From Paraspadella gotoi (lineage: Eukaryota > Animalia > Chaetognatha): a stretch of 64,000 nucleotides of DNA. The first letter of the stretch is position 1; the number at the start of each line of letters is the position of its first letter. Below the pieces are notes generated by a model. It had not been told where the DNA came from. It saw only the letters and a list, made by a program, of their open reading frames with translations, and made no database searches. Positions 54,636-64,000 of the stretch are shown in pieces. The stretch is taken from assembly GCA_051294375.1 (NCBI GenBank), contig CM119266.1:23752146-23816145 (forward strand). The letters are read 5' to 3'. The translations under genes and the position numbers were made by a program.

Positions 54636-56635
54636 AAAGCGTCTTAAAGGTCACCCCTAAACTCTTGAGGCTGAAATGAGATAAACTCGGCAAGAGAATG
54701 TGGTCCTGGGAAAATAACACGAGAAAGACAGAAAGATAAATGTTTTTTTTCGTGAGAGGGAAAAGAAATAGATGCAAGAGAGTGATTAAAAACTAGAGCA
54801 TCTTACAATGCTAAATAATCCTTAAAATAAAGTTTAAAATGCTGAAGAACTAAACTTAACAACTGAAAAAAATATAAGGGGATTTATCTTTGTTTTTCGT
54901 TATTGGAGTCACCGTTTGCGATATTCTTTCTGGATTGAAGTGGTTAAATCTTTGGTTTTCGGGGTTTTTTTCTGGTTGCGGTTTATCCATAATTTGAACG
55001 TTTGATTTTCGACGTGGGAGACGTCCGAAAGTTCGATTAAAATAATCAGAAATAAATGGGTCGAAGATGTAATCGAATCGCAGAGATATTTTTCAGTTTA
55101 AACTTTTTTAAAAGTTCAAGTAATTCTAAAAACTTGTAAAGACAGCATGGCCGTGTTTTGTTTGCAAGACGATTATTTTGTACAATTGTACAAACATATA
55201 CTTCCGATAAAGACGAAAAAAAAAATAAAAACGAGTCTTCGCCAAAACTAACCCGAAGCATTAGAGATGAAAAAAATTAAAAAACACGCACGTACACTCA
55301 GCAAAAAAAAGGCAGAGAAAGAGAGAAAAGGCGAGAGGACCAGATTTGGAAACAGTCGAGAGAGGCGGCTGCTGCGGATGTAATAAAAATTCTGTATCGC
55401 CGCTGCTGACGCCGCGTCGATAGTTCCTGCGGCCGGCGCGGCTTTTTTTTTTTTTTTTTTTTTAGATTCGCCGCGGCGGCGGAGAGGGGAGAGCGTCGGC
55501 GGGCCGCTCCGCGTCGGCCCAGCCTTTGATCCTCGACGNNNNNNNNNNNNNNNNNNNNNNNNNAGGGCAAAAAGGGAGAGAGACGAAAAGAGGGAGAGAG
55601 GGAGGGGGGCTGGAGAAAGAGGTAAAAAGTCTGGGTGTGAAGGGAAAAGGGGGGGAAAATTCTCTCATGATCTCATCCAGACAAACTTGGCAAAAAACGC
55701 AAGGCATCTTTCATTTTGAAAAATTCACGAAAAAATAACGGATCTTTTTAAATAATTAAATATAAATCATCATTAGTTGTCGCGCTTCGTTTCTCTCATT
55801 GGATCACCCAAGAGAAGCTTTTCTTCGAATTCTAATTTTCTTTTTTGTTCTTTTTGTCGATGCGGATCGAACTGAGTAAATCCTTCTCTGGCTTTGCCTA
55901 TCGCATTATCTTTTGGGTCTCATTCTTTCCCAAACTCAACTTCTCCAATCAATTGCACTTAATCAACACGCACGGCTTAGCTTTTACATAACTCCTGAAA
56001 GGTACAACTGTTTCATATGTTGACTGTTATTTGCAGTCTCAAAAGTCACAGCGGGCTAAAACAGCCTCTTGCTTTCGATTAATGTCTGCTCGACATTCCT
56101 GACATTCCTTCTCTTCTCAGGGTATTGTCAAAATACTTTATATTATCGGTTCTGTGCAAAAATTGCTATTTTGTCTTTCCCAACTCGCCAAAAAGTCATA
56201 CCAGCTTTTTTTCTCCCTCACCCAGTCAAGCACCCATAAATCCTCGTTACCCGAAAGGTCAAAATTCTCTCCCGATTATTCTTCGAGTCGTAGTATCGGA
56301 CTGCGAATCGTCGAGTGAGTCTTTGATGCGGCTGCTCCGACCGTCCGGAGCGGCGCTGCTGCACCGGTCGGCGCGGCAGATCCCACAAAGGGCCACAAAT
56401 GCCAGTGGTATAAAGATTGCGTCGGCAATAGTAATGATAAATTGGGTGACTGAAGAGAGGTCTTTTTATGAAGCAAGGGGATAGTTTTTTTCGCAGAAGC
56501 AATGGTCCAGTTACTTTTGCTATTCTGATTTCCTGTATGGGAGGCCTTTGCATTGACAAAAACTTATCCTTTCGAAACCTGGGTCTCCTCTGATATGCAA
56601 ATTGAATTCCGAGCGAATGTAAACAAGGATTTTTA

Positions 56636-56731
<96 letters not shown>

Positions 56732-57692
56732 GACGCGTGCGACCAGGAAAGTGTCTCGTTAAACGACGCGAGGCAAAGATGCGAAAGATTGAGAACGAAG
56801 ACTTTAACGTGGTAGTTTAAATTAATTTAATCGATTAATCAATTATATTTGAGCATTAACGAAGCTTTTAACTTAAATACATATTTTGAAAGAAAAAAAA
56901 AGAAAAAATACTAACAACCACAAAAAAACAAAAAAACTTTCTCCTCCAAAAAAAAAAATTCTCTCGAAAAGGAATCAAGTGAAAAACAAGGAGAAAGCTC
57001 TCTTTCTCTTTTCGAATCGCGATACGACGCCATATTTTTGAGGCACATTTATATTCTCGCACGGACGCAAAGGATTTGATCCTCTCTAACCCGACGGGGA
57101 GATGAACAAATCGTCTCCGCTCTTATATTTTTTCTCCTTTTTTTTTCTTCTCTCTCCCTTTTATTTTTCTTCTCTCCTTCCTGGAAGCAGAAGAGGAAAA
57201 AAAAAGAAGAAAAAAATCTCGGCCTTTTTTCTCTCTTCTTTTTTTCCCTTTCTCTTTCGGGGAAAAGGGCAACTTTTTACGTCGAAAGAAAGGAGAAAGA
57301 ATAAAGGAGTAAAGAGGAATAAATCAAGAGACTCCATCCGATCCCGCTTTTCCTTTTTCTTATAGTATTTGATCTATGAGGTTTGTCGTAGAAAAACCGA
57401 TATAACTAGAATGCTTTGACGGTTCAGAGAGGGAAATTAAGGGGCCTCGCTGCTTATAAAAAAGCTCTCTTCAACAGGGTTTTATGGCGGATCGTGAAAT
57501 CTTCAGCTTGGTGTACAAAAACGAATATGACCGGCGATGTTTGTCTTACGCATTTGTTGGGAGCCGTCTTTTAATTCAAACTAAAAAGCCTAGACTTATA
57601 GTTATAATTTAGTTTGATTTTTATCAACATTAAATCAATAATGATGAGAAAAAAGCTGTGTTATAATCCTTTCTTTCGTTGTGATTATATTA

Positions 57693-57871
57693 GAGGCAAT
57701 GTTTGAATTAATTTGCAACGACGATTTATTTTTAGAGAAAAACGTACTTATTTCGGCTTAGGTACAAGTCAATTAGTTTTTAACGCTGAAGAAGGCTTGT
57801 ACCTAAGCCGAAATATGTACGTTTTTCTCTAAAAATAAATCGTTGATGCAAATTAATTCAAACTATGCCTC
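57693..57871. repeat. Foldback inverted repeat (78-bp arms, 23-nt loop); possible MITE or hairpin RNA
   Basis: Arms 57693-57770 and 57794-57871 are reverse complements with about 6 mismatches. No clear target-site duplication. Confidence 0.9.
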
Positions 57872-59932
57872 AGAGAAAAACGTTAAACGATTTTGTTAAA
57901 TTATAAAACCGATTTCAAACTTCGGACGGGACTTAGTTTCTTCGTCCGTACCACAAACCGTCCGAACTCGGAAACCTCCGTCTGAACTGAAACCCTCCGT
58001 CCGAACTCTTAACGTGAATGGAGGCGGAATCGTGAAAGTTTGATGATAAATTCCGGTCTGGAAAATGGAGGGGAAATCTGCTCGAACGCAAACCGCAATA
58101 AATCGTCGGTGCTGTCCCTTTGTAGTCGGCGGGATGCCGCCCTCGGTCAGACGACGGCGGTGGTTGGTGGATTCCAGGTGGTGGAGGTGGTCTGTGAGAC
58201 TGGAGTGGTGGTTTTAGTTGCTTCGAGTAAGGCGTTTAGGTAGTGAGGTCGAACATTTAAACATAATAGTGGTGTAGAATTCGGGTATGTGGTACTACAA
58301 CTAATAACAATATTCCACTACTGTAATAAAAATTATTTTGCCCTGGAAAAAAAAAAGAATTGAACATAAAAATAATATAATGATGTGAATAAAAAAGAAA
58401 ATTTATGTTTTTACAGACTAAAGATATAGATTGAATCGTTCAGAAGAAGTGAGTACAGTATATTTTCAGTATCTTTTTTTCTGTGGCTGTGTGGATAGCA
58501 GCGGTAGTTGCTGTGGCGTTTTCTGTGGTGGAGACAGTGGCCACTCGTCGGCTGGTCTCTCCAAAGGGAAGGACGTTGAAACATCGTCGGTTGTATATCA
58601 AACGGACGATCGAGGGANNNNNNNNNNNNNNNNNNNNNNNNNNNNNNNNNNNNNNNNNNNNNNNNNNNNNNNNNNNNNNNNNNNNNNNNNNNNNNNNNNN
58701 NNNNNNNNNNNNNNNNNNNNNNNNNNNNNNNNNNNNNNNNNNNNNNNNNNNNNNNNNNNNNNNNNNNNNNNNNNNNNNNNNNNNNNNNNNNNNNNNNNNN
58801 NNNNNNNNNNNNNNNNNNNNNNNNNCGCCGCTGCCGCCGCCGCCGCCGCTCTGCCTCAACCGTCTCTCTCATTGCCTACACCAACGCCGCTGCCGCCGCC
58901 GCCGCCGCCAGAGGCAACCGTCTGTGTCGAAGCGAGGGAGAGATGAAGAGACGGAAGTGAAGGAGGGAAAAAAAATGGGTGGAGTTGGAAACGAGGAAAT
59001 GTATTTTTCGAATGGAACGGGGTAGGTAGTAATTTGGGAAAAATTCTTCTTTCACGTTGGATTTTGGTCAAAAAGTTGGGATAGAAAGAAAAGTTTCGCT
59101 ATTTTTTGACAATAAATTTTGATGTCTTGAACGCAAGCACCGCTTTCAGTATTACTATTTAAATAATAATAAAGAAATATTTCTAAAAATCTACAACGGT
59201 GAATATATGATATTATGCTATCCCCTTTTACCTCAAATTCTAGTTCGTCCACTTCTTCACCATAATTTCGCCGTAAAAATTCCCATCACGCCGAAAGGAT
59301 GGATATTCCATCAAACGGATTTTTTTTTCTCTTTTTTTCTAAACCTGGCGTTTTAGGAGTTGGACGTGGAAACTGAAAAATCTAGAATGAGAGAAGGAGA
59401 AAATAAGAGAAGGAAATAAAATCAGAGGAAATGGAGGGAAGAAAAAAATTTGAAAAAGAAAATTAAAAAAAAAGTAAANNNNNNNNNNAAGAAAAGAAAA
59501 GAAAAGAAAAGAAAAGAGAAGTAAAGAAAAGAAGGGGAAACAGAGGAGAGACTCGCGAAATAAAACGTCCCTCTGGTGACGAAGCGACGCCTCATTGTGG
59601 NNNNNNNNNNNNNNNNNNNNNNNNNNNNNNNNNNNNNNNNNNNNNNNNNNNNNNNNNNNNNNNNNNNNNNNNNNNNNNNNNNNNNNNNNNNNNNNNNNNN
59701 NNNNNNNNNNNNNNNNNNNNNNNNNNNNNNNNNNNNNNNNNNNNNNNNNNNNNNNNNNNNGAGAGAGAGAGATAGGAGTAAGTAGAGTGAAGGAAAGAAT
59801 TTGTTGCGTTTTATGAGGACCGTTAATGGGTAGTAAAACTGCCTGGAAAACATAAGATCGTCGATGAGACTCCGTTTGAGGGAACCACGACGAGGACGAC
59901 GACAAAGACGACGAAAAGGACGACGACAACGA

Positions 59933-60075
59933 TAACGATCACAAAGACGAAGACAACGATAAGGACTAAGATTTAACGACCACAAAGACGAAGACAACGA
60001 TGACGTCTAAGATAACGACCACAAAGACGAAGACAACGATGACGACTAAGAGTTAACGACCACAAAGACGAAGAC
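59933..60075. repeat. Minisatellite, about 3.5 copies of a 39-41-bp unit
   Basis: Unit taacgaccacaaagacgaagacaacgatgacgactaagaNt, repeated head to tail with no spacers. Confidence 0.85.
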
Positions 60076-60813
60076 TGTCACCTGGTGTCACCATCTTACT
60101 CTCTTGAACAACGCAGGACCAATCCATTGACAAACGCCTAACAAGAATCCGAGAGAATGAATTGCAAAAACGATGACAACGAAGACAACAACGACGACCG
60201 CGTGACGACGACGAAGAAGACAACTTTAAAAAAGGTTAAAACGAAATGGAGAAAGGTGAAGGAAGCGAGAGAGTTAAAGGAGGTCGCTCATCTCCTTAAC
60301 TACCTCTTTCGCGTGATTGGCCTTTTTTTTTTCAACACCACCAGCGCCGCCACGCCGCCACGCCGCCTACCCACGCCCCGCGCTCGTGAAATCATCGCCG
60401 TCTAATGATAACCGTCGCGTTGGGGGCCATAACGCGATGAGAAGCGCGTGCGCCCAGGGAACGAGGGGGGNNNNNNNNNNNNNNNNNNNNNNNNNTTCTT
60501 TTTTTTTTTACTTTTTTTTTTTTTTTTTTTTTCTCTTCTTTTCTTCTTATTACTTCTTTCTTTCTTCTTTTCTTTCTCATCTTCTCCTCCACTTACTTTT
60601 TCCCATTCTTAATTACTCCCTCCGCCATACTCCCTCTTCCTACAACCTTAACACCAATTTAAGTTTATTGGCATTGTTTTACAACCTCACTTTCTTCTTC
60701 CCACCTCCATTTCTATCCCATTCTTTGAAAATATTATTTAAGGTGATTTTTTTTGCGTCGGTACCTTAAGATTTTTAACTCTTCGAATCACAGCCCTTTT
60801 CTCTTCAAACTCA

Positions 60814-61430
60814 CTTAGTTAAAATTACAACCAAAAACGAGGTTTAGCAAAACTGGCGGTTTTCTGAACAAACCAACTTCATAAGAAATCCCGTGTATAT
60901 TTGACACCTTAAAAACATACTATACACAGCTACAGAACTAATAAAACCAAGCAAAGAAACGCGAAATATTATAAGGTTATTACAATAATATACTTACAAG
61001 TTAATTGAATTTTAGGTTTTCCACCAAGGTTTAACACCAACCGGCTTTATTTTTCCTTTTTCGAAGGTTTTTAAAAACTCTGAAAATTTTTTTTAGCCTG
61101 GCGAAAAAACATTTCAAGAAGCGCAGAACAGTGCCTCCGGATGCACGTTCTGCTGGTGGTGATGGCTCAGAACCTAACCCGACTTGAGCTTAATTAATAA
61201 GAAGACTGGAACTTTTTTATGGTTCCGAAGCTGATGACTCCGAGACAGTCCGAGGGTGACGAAAAATTTCACGGTTTTTTTTTTTTTTTCTTTTGTCAAA
61301 TTTTTTTTTGGAAGAGGTGACGATCACTCCCCGTATGAGGCACCCATATCTAAGCGGGCACTACGGAGCAGGTGCCCGCGCACCTCTTAATCAGAACGAA
61401 CAATTGGGTGTTCGCTGGAGAGAGCGACGG
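60814..61430. repeat. Noisy, insertion-rich third copy of about 42858-43325 (reaches only the miRNA 3p arm)
   Basis: Shared anchors such as aactttttatggttccgaagctgatgactccgagac and ggagcaggtgccc..tcagaacgaaca, with many inserted bases, a pattern typical of an uncorrected long read. Confidence 0.8.
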
Positions 61431-62183
61431 GGTGCGCAAAAAAAAAGGATATAAAATAAAAAAAGAGAAACGTGCTCCTTTTTTGACAGTTGTAATTATC
61501 TACCGCGAATTTAACCTCCCAAAAAATTGTACCCATTCATGCCGCGAAACGTAACAAGATTGCCTTCCCCGCGCCGGGACGTTTTTACAAACTCGTATTG
61601 TTCGACGTAATTAAACCTGAATAAAAAGGCGTCGTAAATATTTTTTGCTCTCCCGACGTCAAATCTGTATCGAAAATTTTGAACAAAGAGCGAAAGAGNN
61701 NNNNNNNNNNNNNNNNNNNNNNNNNNNNNNNNNNNNNNNNNNNNNNNNNNNNNNNNNNNNNNNNNNNNNNNNNNNNNNNNNNNNNNNNNNNNNNNNNNNN
61801 NNNNNNNNNNNNNNNNNNNNNNNNNNNNNNNNNNNNNNNNNNNAGAGAGAGGCTTTCGAACCACCTGACACTTTTTCCGACATACCTACAATTAAAAGAT
61901 CAATCGCAGTTTGTACACATAAATCTTTTTTTAGCCAATTTGGAAAAAGCGACGCGTTGGGCGGAATGACAGTGAGGGGGTTTGTCGCGAGAGGACTTAT
62001 TCATTCGCGAAGTATGTTGCTGCCCAGTATTTATAAATTTGACGTTTAAATTATGTTAAATCTTTAATTATTATTTTGTTACTTTATTGGGTGTCCAATA
62101 TTGCAATGAGAAGAACCTCGTTTGTTTGGGTGAAATCCCAAAGACGACTTTGTTATGAGTAAAAGGTACCCGTCGTTGTTGTT

Positions 62184-62221
<38 letters not shown>

Positions 62222-62437
62222 TTCCCGTTGGCCCGCTTTCAGTCGTCTTTTGTTGTTGTTTTTCCCATAAAAACCTGCGGGGGAATCGGGGAAAGTCGAG
62301 TTGTTCATTTGTCCCTCGCTGTGTTTTGACTTCGCGGGAGGTAGGTGTCGCTGGCGCCTCCAGCGTCGAACCTTCGTCGTCGTCTTCTTCTTTGTCGTTT
62401 TCTGTAAAGAGAGAAAGAAGGACATAAAATGAAAAAA

Positions 62438-62819
62438 NNNNNNNNNNNNNNNNNNNNNNNNNNNNNNNNNNNNNNNNNNNNNNNNNNNNNNNNNNNNNNN
62501 NNNNNNNNNNNNNNNNNNNNNNNNNNNNNNNNNNNNNNNNNNNNNNNNNNNNNNNNNNNNNNNNNNNNNNNNNNNNNNNNNNNNNNNNNNNNNNNNNNNN
62601 NNNNNNNNNNNNNNNNNNNNNNNNNNNNNNNNNNNNNNNNNNNNNNNNNNNNNNNNNNNNNNNNNNNNNNNNNNNNNNNNNNNNNNNNNNNNNNNNNNNN
62701 NNNNNNNNNNNNNNNNNNNNNNNNNNNNNNNNNNNNNNNNNNNNNNNNNNNNNNNNNNNNNNNNNNNNNNNNNNNNNNNNNNNNNNNNNNNNNNNNNNNN
62801 NNNNNNNNNNNNNNNNNNN
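62438..62819. other. Assembly gap (largest N run); other gaps at 9191, 9336, 27820, 33033, 55539, 58618, 59479, 59601, 60471, 61699 and 63126
   Basis: N runs. Six are exactly 25 N long, which suggests a fixed placeholder inserted by gap-filling software. Confidence 0.97.
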
Positions 62820-64000
62820 AGAGAGAGAACAAGCATTTGTCACTGCCACGCCTCGACGACGAAAAAGCTCAGAAAAATAAGATGAAAGAAGAAAAAAATA
62901 GAAAAGGGCAAAGTATGACATACAATATGAACAAATGCAGGTGCTAACAGTGGGAGATACGAAAGGAGGGAAAAGAAGGAGGTGCAAGTGGAAACGCGGA
63001 TGCAAAGGCTCGTTGCATCTCAGCGACAAAGGGGCGGAGTCGTCTTTGAAGTGCTGCCCGCGTTAATTCGTCCCTTCTGTCATTTCGAGAACGCGTTCTT
63101 CGGGGCCAAGGCTGACCTCGTTTCTNNNNNNNNNNNNNNNNNNNNNNNNNACGAGTGTAACGACAAGGTGACCGGCCTACTCATAGACATGCGGCCAAAA
63201 GCAAAACTATTCCCGTCCGCACAGACGTCTGCGGAGGTCTTGTTGAGACCGATCGCGGATGACTCTAGAGAGAGAGAGAGAGAGAAGAGGAGTAGAGGGA
63301 GCAGGAGAGAGAGAGAGAGAGGAGAGAGATGAGAGAGAGAGAGGAGAACGCAAAAGAGAGAGAAATGCGAGGTCAGGCCCGTTGGCCCAAGCCGGAAAGC
63401 AAACACGCAGATTTCCTCAAGAAATGACAAGAAGGCAGGCGGGACTGATGTGGCCGCTCGCGCGCAATAAAGGCGAGAGCTCAGCGCCGGCGACGACGCG
63501 ACGGACAAACGGGATACGGCGCGTGCGCGGACGGCGGCATTGGCGGCGTCTTACAATGCGACGCCGAAATTAGAATCGGATTCTCGACGCGCGGAGGAGA
63601 ACAAGTCCGAGGACGAGGAGAAGGGAACGAATGAGAATTTAAGGGAAGTGATTCGCGTGAACTCTCGGTGAAAGGATTTAAATTGAACCTTTTAAAACAA
63701 CTATTTACAACTATTTACAACTCACTTTACAATTATTTACTATTTACTTTATACAAGTTCCGTCGATTTTATGTCATCCGTGATCTTTTATTAATCTCAC
63801 TGTATTTCGCATGTTTTCTGCCTTATCCCTCCCTGATGCTTTTTTTTCCTCAAACCTTCCTTCTCTCATCTCTTTTCCTCCATCCACCATTTTTTTTATC
63901 CTCCTTCCTTCATTTCCTTCTTTCCTCCCTTTTCCTTTTTCCTCCAACGGCGCGTTAAATCAATCGCCGCGTCAGAGAATCGCAGCAGGTGATACATTGT

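Larger units (their letters stand above)
39653..55369. repeat. Direct tandem duplication: about 39653-47488 repeated at about 47495-55369
   Basis: Both copies begin cgtcttcgcgcc..ttttttcggtttcgg and end aacagtcgagagaggcggc, and are colinear between. Confidence 0.93.

Noticed and set aside
59933-60075. CRISPR-like periodic repeat
   Set aside because: The units are contiguous with no unique spacers, there are no cas genes, and the context is eukaryotic; it is a minisatellite.
62982-63573. GC-rich ORFs around the 63126 gap
   Set aside because: Interrupted by gaps and microsatellites, with no recognisable domain or consistent splice structure.

Overview
Animal (protostome-type invertebrate) genomic DNA, AT-rich and dense in (GA)n microsatellites, from a gapped draft assembly. 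It is part of a loosely organised Hox locus. The window holds one two-exon central Hox gene of the Ubx/Lox2/abd-A type (minus strand; FYPWM hexapeptide exon 30912-31890, homeobox exon 17427-17746). About 11.5 kb upstream on the same strand lies a miR-10-family microRNA (UACCCUGUAGAGCCGAGCAUGU, most like nematode miR-57) in an unusually long, multi-stem precursor of about 146 nt. Three non-Hox genes are interleaved: a 4-exon, 3-RRM RNA-binding protein; a 4-exon orphan; and an intronless 875-aa disordered nuclear protein with PIP-box, RVxF, PxVxI, SUMO and C2H2-like motifs. Two large tandem duplications (about 5.7 kb and 7.8 kb) and several smaller ones look like long-read gap-filling or haplotype artefacts. 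They create frameshifted second copies of the homeobox exon and the 875-aa gene, and a second miRNA copy. There is also a 179-bp foldback palindrome. All calls are by eye; no database searches or folding programs were run.
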